Positions 47,689 to 59,186 of a stretch of 64,000 nucleotides of DNA are shown piece after piece. Under the pieces are notes generated by a model. That model saw only the letters and a list, made by a program, of their open reading frames with translations. It had not been told where the DNA came from and searched no databases. The stretch lies in contig OZ244252.1 of the NCBI GenBank assembly GCA_965217185.1, forward strand, positions 1,920,001 to 1,984,000, read 5' to 3'. Position 1 is the first letter of the stretch, and each line of letters begins with the position of its first letter. Origin of the DNA: an uncultured Candidatus Entotheonella sp. GTDB lineage: Bacteria > Tectomicrobia > Entotheonellia > Entotheonellales > Entotheonellaceae. Made by a program: the position numbers and the translations under genes.

Positions 47689-49782
47689 TTAAGGCTCCTC
47701 GCCGAAATGTTTCAGGTCTTCCGGGCCTTCCTGGGTCACCACCACGCTCTCTCCCTGGACCATTTGGCGGACCGACTCCACCACTTCGGGGTTCGCCAGC
47801 GTCGTCACGTCACCAATATCCATGGTATTCGAAATCGCCGCCAGCACCCGGCGCATGATCTTTCCGGAACGCGTCTTGGGCATGTCCGGGACGATGTACA
47901 CGTGCTTTGGCCGAGCGATCTTGCCGATGATCGTCTCAATGGCTTGGGTCACCTTGGCTTCGATAGCCGGGCCCGGGTCAAAACCAGGCTTCAACGACAC
48001 GTACATATCCGGCACCCGTCCGCGAATGTCGTCCGCCACCGGCACAACCGCCGCCTCGGCGATTTCCTCGACGGTGAGGCCGGCGGATTCAAGCTCCTTG
48101 GTACCCAAACGGTGACCGGCAACGTTAATCACGTCGTCGACGCGGCCCAGGATGCGGTAATAACCGTCCACCGCCTGCATGGCGCCGTCACCGGTAAAGT
48201 ACGGCCAATCGCGCCAGTCCTTGCTCTCGGGGTTCTTGCAGTACTTGCCATAGTAGGTCGATACGTAACGCTCACGGTCGCCCCAGATGGTTTGAAAACC
48301 ACCGGGCCAGGGATTGCGGATACAGATATTTCCGGCTTTGCCCGACCCCGCCGGCACCTCATCGCCATTTTCGTCGTAGATGACCGGATGAATGCCCGGC
48401 ACGCTGGGTCCGGCACTACCCGCCTTCATGGCTTGCAGAGCCGGCAGGGTGCTACACAAAAAACCACCCGTCTCGGTCTGCCACCAAGTGTCGCAAATCA
48501 CGGCCTCACCTTTGCCAACCACATCGTAGTACCACTGCCACACCTCGGGTTCGATGGGTTCACCAACGGTGGTCATGTGCTTGAAGTGGTAATTGTATTT
48601 TTGTGGTTCGTCGGGCCCGGCTTTGCGCAGCATGCGAATGGTGGTGGGGGCGGTGTGGAAAATGTTGACCGCCAATTGCTCGGCGATACGCCAAGCCCGC
48701 CCGGCGTCGGGATAGGTGGGAACGCCCTCGTACATGACGGTGGTGGCCGCCAGAGACAACGGACCGTAGACAATGTAGGAATGCCCGGTGATCCAGCCGA
48801 TGTCCGCCATGCACCAATACACGTCCTCGGGGTGAATGTCCTGCACGTACTTGGAGGTGCCCGCTACGTATGAGAGGTAGCCGCCGGTGCTGTGCTGGCA
48901 GCCTTTGGGACGCCCGGTCGTGCCGCTAGTGTACATCAGGAACAACGGTTCTTCGGCCGCCAGCGCCACGGGCTCAATCCTGCTGCCGGCGTAGGTCTTT
49001 AATTCATTATCCACGAAGTAGTCACGCCCGTCCTGCATCGGGGTCGCCGAATGGTATTGGCCGGGGTAACGCCGCCACACCAACACCTTGTCAACGACTT
49101 GGCCTTCCTCGGCCGCCGTTTTCACGGCCTCATCCGCCTTTTCCTTGTGATCCAGGAGCGTGCCGCTGCGGTAATAACTGTCCATCGTAACCAGCACCCG
49201 GCTGCCGGAATCGGCGACACGCTCGCCGCATGATTTGCCGCTGAAACCACCGAACACCACCGAATGGATGGCACCCAGCCTGGCGCAGGCCAGCATGGTG
49301 ACCGGCAGTTCCGGCACCATTGGCATGTGAATGGTCACCCGGTCGCCTGCCTTAACACCAGCAAAATCCCGTAGCACGGCGGCAAATTCGTTCACCCGCG
49401 TGTAAAGTTCTTGATACGTAATCGCAACGTGAGCTTCATCTTCCGGTTCCGGCACGTAAAGAATGGCCGCTTTGTTTCTATACTTTGTTAAATGGCGGTC
49501 GACACAATTGTAGGAAACATTAAGCTTGCCACCAACAAACCATTTCCAGCACGGGGCATCACTGGTATCCAGCAGGGTATCCCAATACGCATACCAATCG
49601 AGGAGATCAGCGTACTCTTTGAAACACTCAGGAAATCGGTCAAGCCCAAAGCGATCGTGAACGTGCGGGTCGGTCATATTCGCCTGCGCGATAAACTGCG
49701 CCGATGGCTGAACATACGCCTCCTCCTTCCAATGCACGGCGATCTGCGCTTCACTCGTCGCCACAACCTCTGGTTCGCTCAT
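47689..49782 (-). CDS. acs: Acetate--CoA ligase
   Basis: YTSGTTGRPKG, DIGWITGHSY, DTWWQTETG and PKTRSGKIMRR motifs. Confidence 0.95.
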   Translation of the reverse strand: MSEPEVVATSEAQIAVHWKEEAYVQPSAQFIAQANMTDPHVHDRFGLDRFPECFKEYADLLDWYAYWDTLLDTSDAPCWKWFVGGKLNVSYNCVDRHLTKYRNKAAILYVPEPEDEAHVAITYQELYTRVNEFAAVLRDFAGVKAGDRVTIHMPMVPELPVTMLACARLGAIHSVVFGGFSGKSCGERVADSGSRVLVTMDSYYRSGTLLDHKEKADEAVKTAAEEGQVVDKVLVWRRYPGQYHSATPMQDGRDYFVDNELKTYAGSRIEPVALAAEEPLFLMYTSGTTGRPKGCQHSTGGYLSYVAGTSKYVQDIHPEDVYWCMADIGWITGHSYIVYGPLSLAATTVMYEGVPTYPDAGRAWRIAEQLAVNIFHTAPTTIRMLRKAGPDEPQKYNYHFKHMTTVGEPIEPEVWQWYYDVVGKGEAVICDTWWQTETGGFLCSTLPALQAMKAGSAGPSVPGIHPVIYDENGDEVPAGSGKAGNICIRNPWPGGFQTIWGDRERYVSTYYGKYCKNPESKDWRDWPYFTGDGAMQAVDGYYRILGRVDDVINVAGHRLGTKELESAGLTVEEIAEAAVVPVADDIRGRVPDMYVSLKPGFDPGPAIEAKVTQAIETIIGKIARPKHVYIVPDMPKTRSGKIMRRVLAAISNTMDIGDVTTLANPEVVESVRQMVQGESVVVTQEGPEDLKHFGEEP

Positions 49783-50065
49783 CTCGCACCCCTCTGACCT
49801 AACAGACCAAGCCGATTTCTAAAGTCTGAATCAAGCCTCCGTACCCTTTCCAGCATCATATTAGCGGGGCATGGTAAAGGATTGCCAAGAGGGCTGTCAA
49901 CCGCCAGATTGTGTGCCGAAAACGACCCGCCACCACTCCCTTGAGGCTGTTCGCAGGGCCTTCTGAACCAAGGTAAATGCTTGACTTTCAGAAGGCTGCT
50001 TGCTAAGGTCGCCCCCTGTCGATCTTTGAACCAAGACACACCTTTATTGAACCATAGACGACGAT

Positions 50066-52237
50066 ATGATGCTGACCATTGATTCAGTTGTCACCGCAGT
50101 TGAGCAATATCATCCACAAGCGGACACGGATCTGATTCGCCGCGCCTATCTATTTGCCGCAGAAGCCCACAAGCATCAAAAACGCAAATCCGGCATCCCC
50201 TACATTTCACATCCCTTGGAAGTCGCGTCTATTCTGACCGAGTTGCAAATGGACGCCATGACCATCGCCAGCGCGCTGCTACACGACACCATCGAAGATA
50301 CCGACGCCGGCGAGGAACAGATCGCGTCGGACTTCAGCCCCGATGTCGCCGCCCTCGTCTCCGGCGTTACCAAGCTGAGCAAGCTCGATTTCTTCAGCCA
50401 AGAGGAACGGCAGGCCGAGAGCTTCCGCAAGATGCTGGTTGCCATGGCCAAGGATATCCGGGTGATTCTGGTCAAGCTCGCTGACCGGCTGCATAACCTG
50501 CGCACTCTGGAACACATGGCGGGCCACAAACAACGTCTCGTCGCCCGCGAAACGCTGGAGATCTACGCGCCTTTGGCTCATCGTCTCGGCATTACCTGGA
50601 TGAAGGCCGAGATGGAAGACCTTTCCTTCCTCTACCTGCACCCGCGGGCGTACCAGGAAATCGAGGCACAGTTCACAGGCGAGCAGGACGCGAGCGAGCG
50701 CTACTTGGCACAGGTGCAGGAAACGGTAGCCAAAGAACTCACGCAGATGAGAATCGACTGCCGGCTTTCCGGACGGCCCAAGCATTACTACAGCATCTAC
50801 CAGAAGATGCAGCGCCAGCAATTGCCGTTCGAGGAAGTCCACGACCTGCTGGCCGTTCGGGTCATCACCGACACGGTGCGCAACTGTTACGCCATCCTGG
50901 GTATCATCCACGCCCTCTGGAAGCCCATCCCCGGACGCTTCAAGGACTACATCGCCCTCCCTAAACCCAACATGTACCAATCCTTGCACACCATCGTGCT
51001 GGGTCCCGAGCGCCAGCGCATCGAGTTGCAGATTCGCACCGAGGAGATGCACCGCACCGCGGAAGAAGGTATCGCAGCGCATTGGCATTACAAGGAACGC
51101 GGCTCAACCGAAGAGAACGAAGAGTATTTTGCCTGGCTGCGGCAATTGATCGAATGGCAGCAGGATCTCAAAGACCCTATCGAGTTCATGGAAACGGTCA
51201 AGATCGACATGTTTCCGGAGGAAGTCTACGTCTTTACCCCGCGCGGCGAGGTGAAGACGTTCCCGCGCGGCGCCACGGCAGTGGATTTCGCCTATTCCGT
51301 GCATACCGACGTGGGTCACCAGTGCACGGGCGCCAAAGTAAACGGCCGCATGGTGCCGCTGCGTTATCAATTGCGCAACGGGGATACGATCGAAGTCCTT
51401 ACCTCTACCTCCCACGTGCCGAACCGCGACTGGCTGCGCTGGGTCGTCACGCCACGCGCTCGGACGCGCATCAAGGCGTGGCTCAAGTCGGAAGACAAAG
51501 AAAGAAGTATCGCCTTGGGCATGCGCAACCTGGAACACGAAATCCGCAAGTACACGCCGAATCCTCAGCCCTATGTGAAGACGGACGTCCTACTCGCCGC
51601 TGCCCCGGCGTTCGGCTGCCATCGAGCCAACGATCTGCTGGAAGCCGTAGGTTACGGGCGCGTGTCAGCCCTGCAAGTCGCGCATCGTTTGCTACCGTCG
51701 AACCTCATCAAGGAGAAAACGAAGCAGGGTAAGGCGGTGGCACCGTCCGGGCGACAGCAGCCGCGCAGCGAGGGGGTGAGGGTGCACGGGCTTACCGACG
51801 TTCTCATCAATTTCGCCCGCTGCTGCAGCCCCCTCCCCGGTGACCGCATCGTCGGGTACGTGACGCGTGGTCGCGGCGTCAGTGTTCACACCACGGACTG
51901 TGAAAGCACGCGAAAGCTGGAATACGACGCAGAAAGGCGTACCTCGGTGTCGTGGGACGATGCTGCCGAGACCCTGCACCCTGCGGCAATCGCCCTTGTG
52001 ACGCACGACGAACAAGGGGTGCTGGCAAACGTGAGCGCCGCTGTTTCAGCGTGCAAGGTGAATATCAGCCGGTTCCACACAACGACCACCATGGAGAAGA
52101 AAGCCTACATGGACATAACGGTCGATGTCCGTGACGTGAACCATCTGAACGAAGTCATTCGCCGGATTGAAGGCGTTCGGGGCGTGCTTTCGGTAGAACG
52201 CGCCAGGAATGTCAGGCGGGGCAATTGGCATACGTAA
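50066..52237 (+). CDS. rel: Bifunctional (p)ppGpp synthetase/hydrolase (long RSH)
   Basis: Intact HD motif (LLHDTIED), RFKDY and YQSLHT synthetase motifs, TGS, CC and ACT domains. Confidence 0.96.
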   Translation: MMLTIDSVVTAVEQYHPQADTDLIRRAYLFAAEAHKHQKRKSGIPYISHPLEVASILTELQMDAMTIASALLHDTIEDTDAGEEQIASDFSPDVAALVSGVTKLSKLDFFSQEERQAESFRKMLVAMAKDIRVILVKLADRLHNLRTLEHMAGHKQRLVARETLEIYAPLAHRLGITWMKAEMEDLSFLYLHPRAYQEIEAQFTGEQDASERYLAQVQETVAKELTQMRIDCRLSGRPKHYYSIYQKMQRQQLPFEEVHDLLAVRVITDTVRNCYAILGIIHALWKPIPGRFKDYIALPKPNMYQSLHTIVLGPERQRIELQIRTEEMHRTAEEGIAAHWHYKERGSTEENEEYFAWLRQLIEWQQDLKDPIEFMETVKIDMFPEEVYVFTPRGEVKTFPRGATAVDFAYSVHTDVGHQCTGAKVNGRMVPLRYQLRNGDTIEVLTSTSHVPNRDWLRWVVTPRARTRIKAWLKSEDKERSIALGMRNLEHEIRKYTPNPQPYVKTDVLLAAAPAFGCHRANDLLEAVGYGRVSALQVAHRLLPSNLIKEKTKQGKAVAPSGRQQPRSEGVRVHGLTDVLINFARCCSPLPGDRIVGYVTRGRGVSVHTTDCESTRKLEYDAERRTSVSWDDAAETLHPAAIALVTHDEQGVLANVSAAVSACKVNISRFHTTTTMEKKAYMDITVDVRDVNHLNEVIRRIEGVRGVLSVERARNVRRGNWHT

Positions 52238-52240
52238 GGA

Positions 52241-52435
52241 CTAAGCGGGCTTGCGTACCTTGCCGGACCGCAGGCAGCGCGTACAAACCTTCATGCGTTT
52301 GACGTGGCCGCTGGCCGTCTGCACCCGCATCTGCTGCAGGTTGGGATTCCAGCGCCGGTTGGTGAGATTGTGAGCGTGGCTGACATTATGGCCAAATCGT
52401 GGTCCCTTACCACACATGTCACAGCTTCTGGCCAT
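52241..52435 (-). CDS. rpmB: 50S ribosomal protein L28 (Zn-ribbon form)
   Basis: [23 protein letters not shown]...PNLQ...[11 protein letters not shown]. Confidence 0.96.
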   Translation of the reverse strand: MARSCDMCGKGPRFGHNVSHAHNLTNRRWNPNLQQMRVQTASGHVKRMKVCTRCLRSGKVRKPA

Positions 52436-52558
52436 GGCTGCTTCCTTTCATACCCGAAACCGTACGTTGTCTTTGCTGATCCCGAAAAGCGAGCGCCAAA
52501 GCTAGCACATTCTCCCTGGGGCCGCAACAACGTACCGTGACCGCCACGTGAGCCTGCG

Positions 52559-55024
52559 ATGACGGACGTCCGTACCCACCTGAGCCGTCTCGACAAACCC
52601 CTGCAATACGCCACGCGCAATGACTTCGCCAACTTGTCCAAGTTGCGTGAACTGGAACCGTTCGTCAAGCACCAGATCCAGGCTATGCAGTCATTGCCGC
52701 TGCCAGCCTCGATGCCCGCTCTGTTGACGCAACTGGCGGAAACGGTTGTGGGATTCGACGACCTGACATTGACCGAGAAACGGCCGCGCGCGCAGCAAGC
52801 CGCGCAGATTCTTTCCCGCCTGCACGCCTTGTCGGACCGTGCCGACGCTCCGCCAGCCCCCGTTCCGCCGCCCAAACCAACCGCCACACCCACGCCGGCA
52901 CCCGCCGCCGTTTCCGAGGATCCCCTGGCCCAGCCAGTACAATTCATGCGCGGCGTCGGGCCGCGCCGCGCCGCCCTGCTTGGCAAACTCTCCCTGCACA
53001 CCGTAGGCGATCTACTGTGGTGCCTGCCCGTGCGCTACGAAGACCGCCGCAACATTACCCCCCTGGGCATGCTGCAGGCCGGCACCCGGCGGACGTTCTG
53101 CGGCACGGTAACGGCCTTCCAACTGCACCCCACGTCACGCGGCAAGTCCTTTGCGACCCTGCGCCTGGAGGATTCCAGCGCTCCACTCACCTGCAAATGG
53201 TTCCAGCACCGCGGCCTTGCCCTGCAAGAGCGCTTTCCCATCGGCGCGCGTGTGGTCGGCAACGGCCTCATCGCCTTCAATCGCTATGACGGCAACCGTG
53301 AAGTGGTTCATCCCGACCTCGAAACGCTGGAAGCCGATGATACCGAGCTGGTTCACTTTGGCCGTCTGGTGCCGATTTACCCGCTCACCGCCGGGCTGAC
53401 CCAGAAGAACATGCGGAGCCTGATGCACAACACCGTGGAGACCTTCGTGCCGCTGATCCGCGAGACGCTGCCGCAATCGGTCTGCACCGCTCACCGGCTG
53501 CCCGTCTTGGAGCAAGCCATGCGCGGGGTGCATTTCCCGGACGACAACAGCGACCTTGCAGCCCTCAATGAGCAGCGGACCGCCTTTCACACTCGCTTGG
53601 TATTCGAGGAATTCTTTCTGCTCGAGCTCGGCCTGGCCATCCGCCACCGCGAGGTCCGCAACACACGCCGCGATAAACACTACGACCGGCCGAACCACCT
53701 CGGCGATGCGCTGCTAAAACATTTACCGTTTCAACTCACCGTCGCCCAGCAGCGCGTGCTGGACGAAATTCTCACCGACATGCATCGGCCCTTCCCCACG
53801 AACCGCCTCATCCAGGGCGACGTCGGCAGCGGCAAGACCATCGTCGCTCTGCTCGCCATGCTGCTGGCAGTGTCCAACGGCCAGCAAGCCGCCCTCATGG
53901 CGCCGACGGAAATCCTGGCGGAGCAACACCTGGCAACGCTGCGCGCCCTGTTACAGCATCTGGACCTCGAGGTGGCGCTGCTCACCGGCACGGTCAAAGG
54001 CCGTAGCCGCCAAAAACTGCTTCAGCGCATCGCCGATGGCGAGGTATCCGTGTTGGTCGGCACCCACGCCCTGTTGTACGAGAACGTCCAGTTCCACGGC
54101 CTCGGCATGATCGTCGTGGACGAGCAGCACCGCTTCGGCGTCATGCAGCGTGCCGGCCTGCGACAGAAGGGCCTCCGGCCCGACGTGCTGGTGATGACGG
54201 CCACGCCAATTCCGAGAACCCTGGCCATGACCCTGTACGGCGACCTCGATCTGTCCATCCTCGACGAGTTGCCCCCTGGCCGCCTGCCGGCCAAAACCGT
54301 CCTGCTCAGCGAAAAACGCCGCGAACACGCTTACGACGTGGTACGCCGCGAGGTCGACAAAGGCCACCAAGCCTACATCGTCTACCCGCTCATCGAGGAA
54401 TCCGAAAGCCTCGACCTCGGCGCCGCCGCGGCCATGGCCGAGCACCTGCGGCATGCGGTGTTCCCGGAATACGAGGTCGGCCTGCTGCACGGACGCCTGG
54501 CCGCCGAGGAACGGGACGCCGTCATGCGGGCGTTTGTGGAAGGGCGGCTACACATTCTGGTGTCCACCACTGTCATCGAGGTCGGCGTCGATGTCGCCAA
54601 CGCCACCGTCATGCTGATTGAAAACGCCGAACGGTTCGGCCTGGCGCAACTCCATCAGTTACGCGGCCGCGTCGGGCGGGGCACCGCGCGCGCCACCTGC
54701 CTGCTGCTGCCGGGCCAAAAACTCAGCCGCGAAAGCCGCCAGCGGTTGAAGGTCATGCAGGAAAGCACGGATGGGTTTTACGTGGCCGAGCAGGATTTGC
54801 AGATTCGCGGGCCGGGGGAATTACTGGGGACGAAACAGTCGGGACTGCCGGAATTGCGCGTCGGCAATATCCTGCATCACGGCGTGTGGTTGGAACGAGC
54901 GCGGCAGTCGGCGTTCACGTTGCTCGACGAGGACCCCCACTTGAGCCGGGAGGAGCATCGCGCCTTGTTGCAAGCCGTACAAACCCGCTGGGGCCGTCAG
55001 TTTGAATTGGCGACGGTCGGTTAG
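52559..55024 (+). CDS. recG: ATP-dependent DNA helicase RecG
   Basis: QGDVGSGKT, DEQHRFG, MTATPIPRT, QLHQLRGRVGRG and RGPGE motifs. Confidence 0.97.
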   Translation: MTDVRTHLSRLDKPLQYATRNDFANLSKLRELEPFVKHQIQAMQSLPLPASMPALLTQLAETVVGFDDLTLTEKRPRAQQAAQILSRLHALSDRADAPPAPVPPPKPTATPTPAPAAVSEDPLAQPVQFMRGVGPRRAALLGKLSLHTVGDLLWCLPVRYEDRRNITPLGMLQAGTRRTFCGTVTAFQLHPTSRGKSFATLRLEDSSAPLTCKWFQHRGLALQERFPIGARVVGNGLIAFNRYDGNREVVHPDLETLEADDTELVHFGRLVPIYPLTAGLTQKNMRSLMHNTVETFVPLIRETLPQSVCTAHRLPVLEQAMRGVHFPDDNSDLAALNEQRTAFHTRLVFEEFFLLELGLAIRHREVRNTRRDKHYDRPNHLGDALLKHLPFQLTVAQQRVLDEILTDMHRPFPTNRLIQGDVGSGKTIVALLAMLLAVSNGQQAALMAPTEILAEQHLATLRALLQHLDLEVALLTGTVKGRSRQKLLQRIADGEVSVLVGTHALLYENVQFHGLGMIVVDEQHRFGVMQRAGLRQKGLRPDVLVMTATPIPRTLAMTLYGDLDLSILDELPPGRLPAKTVLLSEKRREHAYDVVRREVDKGHQAYIVYPLIEESESLDLGAAAAMAEHLRHAVFPEYEVGLLHGRLAAEERDAVMRAFVEGRLHILVSTTVIEVGVDVANATVMLIENAERFGLAQLHQLRGRVGRGTARATCLLLPGQKLSRESRQRLKVMQESTDGFYVAEQDLQIRGPGELLGTKQSGLPELRVGNILHHGVWLERARQSAFTLLDEDPHLSREEHRALLQAVQTRWGRQFELATVG

Positions 55025-55032
55025 GACTGGCT

Positions 55033-55536
55033 TCAGCCCCGCGCGATATGAGCCATGTGCGCCAGTTCGGGCAGAATCAGCTTTTTCATGGCCAAGCGTA
55101 CCGCGGCGCTTGACCCTGGCATGGAAACGATGACCGTGCCATTGGCGACCCCAGCGGTGGCCCGGCTCATCATTGCCGCGGCGCCGATCTCGTCGTAGCT
55201 CAGGTAGCGAAAAAGCTCGCCGAAGCCCGTCAACTCCTTCTCCAGACAATCTCGCACCACTTCATACGTGCCATCGCGCGACGACAGGCCCGTACCGCCG
55301 CTCAGCAAAACGGCGTCGGTGTCGGCGTCCTGGATGTGATGCCGCAGCAGGCGCCGGATGTCGTCGGGCTCGTCCTTGACGATGCAATAGGCGTGAACGA
55401 CATGGCCCGCCTGTGTAAGGGCGTCCTGCATCAACCGTCCGCTGGTGTCGGTTTCCGGCGTGCGGGTGTCGCTGACCGTGATGACCGCGCAGCGGATGCC
55501 ATCGGCGGCCTGCTGCCGGTGTTCCTGGTGGCTCAT
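55033..55536 (-). CDS. moaB: Molybdenum cofactor biosynthesis protein B (MoaB/MogA family)
   Basis: ITVSD, DTSG, GGTG, SRATAG and MPGS motifs. Confidence 0.9.
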   Translation of the reverse strand: MSHQEHRQQAADGIRCAVITVSDTRTPETDTSGRLMQDALTQAGHVVHAYCIVKDEPDDIRRLLRHHIQDADTDAVLLSGGTGLSSRDGTYEVVRDCLEKELTGFGELFRYLSYDEIGAAAMMSRATAGVANGTVIVSMPGSSAAVRLAMKKLILPELAHMAHIARG

Positions 55537-56048
55537 GGTCGATTTCCGTTTGCAAAAGGGGGAAAAGGGCCGAGGCGCGTCACATCGCCCTGATCCGGCA
55601 AGGCGGCGATGATCTGGCGGATGGGCTCGCCCGACGGCAAATGCAGATCCGGTTCAAGCTCGCTGAGGGGAACGAGCACGAACAGCCGTTCGCTCAAGGC
55701 TTTGTGGGGAATATCGAGAAAGGGCTTGTGCACCTGCAGGGCGTCGTAGAGCAGGATGTCGACGTCGATGACTCGCGGACCCCACCTGATTGCAGGCTCG
55801 CGCCCCAACCGGCTTTCGACGGCCTGCGTGATGGCGAGCAAGGATTCGGGGGCCAAGGTGGTGTGCACCCGCGCGACGGCGTTCAGGAAGGCGTCCTGCG
55901 CGGTGAGGCCGACCGGGGCGGTCTCATACAGCGACGAGAGGGCCTGCACGGCGATGGCCGGATGCTGGTGCAAGAGGCCGCAGACACGCGCGAGGTGCTG
56001 CTCGCGGTCGCCGAGGTTGGAGCCTAATCCGAGGTAGACGACTGCCAT
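55533..56048 (-). CDS. folK: 2-amino-4-hydroxy-6-hydroxymethyldihydropteridine diphosphokinase
   Basis: YLGLGSNLGDR, FLNAV and WGPRVIDVDIL motifs. Confidence 0.95.
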   Translation of the reverse strand: MAVVYLGLGSNLGDREQHLARVCGLLHQHPAIAVQALSSLYETAPVGLTAQDAFLNAVARVHTTLAPESLLAITQAVESRLGREPAIRWGPRVIDVDILLYDALQVHKPFLDIPHKALSERLFVLVPLSELEPDLHLPSGEPIRQIIAALPDQGDVTRLGPFPPFANGNRP

Positions 56049-56416
56049 GATTCCTGCGAGCGTTCGATGTCGACGCCGACGTAGTCCAGCACGCTCCCCT
56101 TCAACGACACGTGCGGCTTGCGGACGCATATCCGCACGCCGTCGGGGGCAAACTGCTTGCCGATCTGCATCGCCAGCGTCTCGGCGAGTGCCTCGATGAG
56201 GTCGAACCGCTCCTCCTCGGCGATGCGTTTCACCAGCTTGTAGACCTGCGCGTAGTTGATCGTCTGCCCCAAGTCGTCACTCAACCCCGCCGGGCGCGCG
56301 TCCACCCGCAGCGCAACATCGACCTCGAAGCGCTGCCCGAGGGCCTTCTCTTCGGGGTTGACGCCGTGGTAGGCGTAAAACTGCATGTTGCGGAGGTGGA
56401 TGGTGTCGCGGTTCAA
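56024..56416 (-). CDS. folB: Dihydroneopterin aldolase (probable TTG start)
   Basis: FYAYHGVNPEEKALGQRFEVD, TINYAQVY and LIEALAE motifs. Confidence 0.93.
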   Translation of the reverse strand: MNRDTIHLRNMQFYAYHGVNPEEKALGQRFEVDVALRVDARPAGLSDDLGQTINYAQVYKLVKRIAEEERFDLIEALAETLAMQIGKQFAPDGVRICVRKPHVSLKGSVLDYVGVDIERSQESWQSSTSD

Positions 56417-56444
56417 GGGGTTGTCTCGGCGTGAGGAGAGGGCA

Positions 56445-57038
56445 TCAGCGGCTGACGACCAGCGACATGAATTCACTGCGGGTGGCCTGATCGGTCTTGA
56501 ACGAACCGCGCATGGCCGAGGTGACCATCAGCGAGCCGGGTTTCTTGACGCCGCGCATGGTCATGCAGGTGTGGGAGGCTTCCACGACAATGCCGACGCC
56601 GTGCGCGTCCAACTCATCAATCAACAGGTCGGCAATTTGCGCCGTCATGCGTTCCTGCACCTGCGGACGGCGCGCAAATACTTCGATAACACGGGCAATT
56701 TTGCTGAGCCCGACGACCCTGCCACGCGGAATATAGGCAGCGTGCACCCGGCCATGAAACGGCAGCAAATGGTGCTCGCACATGGAGTGAAACGGCACGT
56801 CCTTCACCAGTACCATCTCATCGTGCTGCTCGTCGAACACCACCTGCAGGTAGGCGCGGGGATCTTCGTGCAGCCCCTGGAAGAACTCGCCATACATCCT
56901 GGCGACCCGGCTGGCCGTGTCCTTCAGCCCCTCGCGGTCGGGGTCGTCGCCGATCGCTTCAATGATCATTCGCACGCCGGCGGCGATTTTTTCCTGATTG
57001 ATCACGCCGTTCACTGCCGCGGCGTCAGCTTGCTGCAT
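56445..57038 (-). CDS. folE: GTP cyclohydrolase I
   Basis: [21 protein letters not shown] and HTCMTMRGV motifs. Confidence 0.96.
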   Translation of the reverse strand: MQQADAAAVNGVINQEKIAAGVRMIIEAIGDDPDREGLKDTASRVARMYGEFFQGLHEDPRAYLQVVFDEQHDEMVLVKDVPFHSMCEHHLLPFHGRVHAAYIPRGRVVGLSKIARVIEVFARRPQVQERMTAQIADLLIDELDAHGVGIVVEASHTCMTMRGVKKPGSLMVTSAMRGSFKTDQATRSEFMSLVVSR

Positions 57039-57521
57039 CGCATGGTCTCCTGGAGTTGACATTGGGACGTTGAAGGCGTTCACCTTACAGGCTTTTCCGG
57101 CGAGCTGCAAACGGCTGCGCCTTGAGCCAAAGCCAATATTATCCCTCGGGCCCGGCCGCCTCAGCCATCCGACACCACAACGGCTTCCGACTTCGTACTC
57201 GCCGCAAACGGCTGATACAGCAGGCGTTCGGGGTGCATTTCGGGGCGCATATGGCGCCTATATTGATTTGGAACTGTTGCGCCGCCCGTAGCCCATGATC
57301 GTCGCCCTGAGCCACATGGCGGCCTCGATGAAAAGGGTTGATGGCGACATGGGAAGCGGTTATTCGCACACCGCCAGCTTCTCAAGCTGTGTGAAATCGC
57401 CGTTTTCGTATTTCGTAACGGTAGGCTGCGACATCATCCGCGTTTGCGGATTGATCTGACGACGCCGCATCATAGGTGTCAGCCCAAGTTCGACTTCCGG
57501 CAGATGGCCGCCATTCCAACG

Positions 57522-58528
57522 TCACGCGGAAAGCGCATCGTACGGGTTATCTTTCAGGTCTCGAGCCAGCATCTCCTGGTGGCTCAGCCATGCCGTGAAA
57601 TTGGCGCATATGGCGGTGTAGTGCTCGGCGTTGTCGATGTCCAGCGTGCAGCCGCCGTACGGGGTCGTCACAATGGTGAAGCGGGTGCTCAGGAGTTGCG
57701 ACAACAGGCTGCACACAGCCTGCAACGGCATGAAGATGGGCCGGGCGAGCCGGTAATCCCGCAAGCCGTAGCGGGTTAACAGGCGTGCCGCGTGCAAGCG
57801 CAGGAACGCGCCAATGAATTGCAGGGAGCCGTGCTGCTTGCCAATCAGTTCCCAACACAGCTTCAAGATGTTGTGCCATTCCTTCTGGTACCGGTATTCG
57901 TACATCTTCTCAATATAGAAACGGTTGCCCAGCCGGAAGGGCTTCACCATGTGAAGGTTGTTCTGGCGAATCTGCATGTCGCGCAGGTTGAAATACGCCA
58001 TTTGGATGCCGGGCCGGCCATGCCGCGGATAGTAAGCTCGCAGCACCTGCTCCGACGTCATGCCCAGGAAATAGTCGTACCGGGTGACATCGCAGCTTGC
58101 GACGAACGCCTCAATTTCCTGCGGGGTCGCCAGCGGGATGTCGCCCGACATGAAAAGAACTGCCTTGTCGGCCTCCGGCCTATCCAGATAGGCTTGCCAG
58201 CCGGTTTCAGGCGCGTAGTCCGGCAGGGTGTGCAGAAAACCTTGCCAGACGTTTTCGTAGAAGGTGTGGTATTGCTCTAGCAGGTGCAGGGGGCGCTTGC
58301 CCTGAAACGGGCTGTGGGGGCTGGCGAGGGCTTCTTCAAGCTGCGCGGTATCGCCGACAACAAAGATGCGGTCGGTACAGCGGGCGCGTTCGACGGCGCT
58401 GATGACGTGCGTAATGACCGGCGCGCCGGCCACGGGCAACAGGATTTTGTTGGTGCCCAGAATCGCACGGCTCGCCCGACGGTTTCCCGCCGCGATAATC
58501 ACATCGAAACGCTGAGGCGTCGGCAACA
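57522..58528 (-). CDS. MobA-like NTP-transferase family protein
   Basis: VIIAAG...NKILLPVAG, SGDIPL and LDIDN motifs. Confidence 0.75.
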
Positions 58529-58695
58529 TGGTCGGTTTCGTTTCCGCTGACGGATTCCAGATTGAGGTGCCTACTATACGGGGCAGCTTCCGCAGGATCA
58601 ATTGCCACGATGCCCTGCCGGTTTGTGGCGGCGCCGCGCCGCTGCTAGAATGCCGTCGCTTTGTGATTCCCGAATGGCCCGAACTGAGGAGACAA

Positions 58696-59145
58696 ATGAC
58701 GGTGCAACGTTTCTGGTCCAAGCTGAGCGGTCTCGTGGTGCTGGCGTGCATGCTGGCGGGTTGCGGCGTGCAGGCGTCCTACATGCAGGGCTGGGACCCC
58801 GTGGAGGACATCACGAACCGCTGGACAAGCGGCACCCTCAGCACCGACAAGCTGTCTGACGATGAGCGCAGCGTGTTCGAGGAATTCGGCACGCCGGACG
58901 TGCTGCGATTCTTTCGCGACGTCGAATCCCGCAAAGCCGTCTACGAGTGGATCTACATGGAACCGTTTCGCACCGTGTGGTTTATGGACGGCACGCAGGT
59001 GGACTACGTCATGGTCGATACCAACGCGTCGAGGCAAACCACCGCGGCGCGTGAGGCGCTCGCCAGGAAGCTGAGGACGGGCGGGGTATTGGCAGGAACC
59101 CTCGGCAGCGTTGCGGCGGGAACGCTTTCACTCCTCAACGAATAG
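58696..59145 (+). CDS. Hypothetical lipoprotein
   Basis: GAGGAG RBS, LAGC lipobox, FGTPD...YEWIY motif. Confidence 0.65.
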   Translation: MTVQRFWSKLSGLVVLACMLAGCGVQASYMQGWDPVEDITNRWTSGTLSTDKLSDDERSVFEEFGTPDVLRFFRDVESRKAVYEWIYMEPFRTVWFMDGTQVDYVMVDTNASRQTTAAREALARKLRTGGVLAGTLGSVAAGTLSLLNE

Positions 59146-59186
59146 AACGGACGGCTCGTCCACCATCCTGCTACCGTCCGAAAATC

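Noticed and set aside
56024..56048. Programmed frameshift fusing folB and folK
   Set aside because: folK has its own ATG, no slippery sequence is evident, and short overlaps are common.
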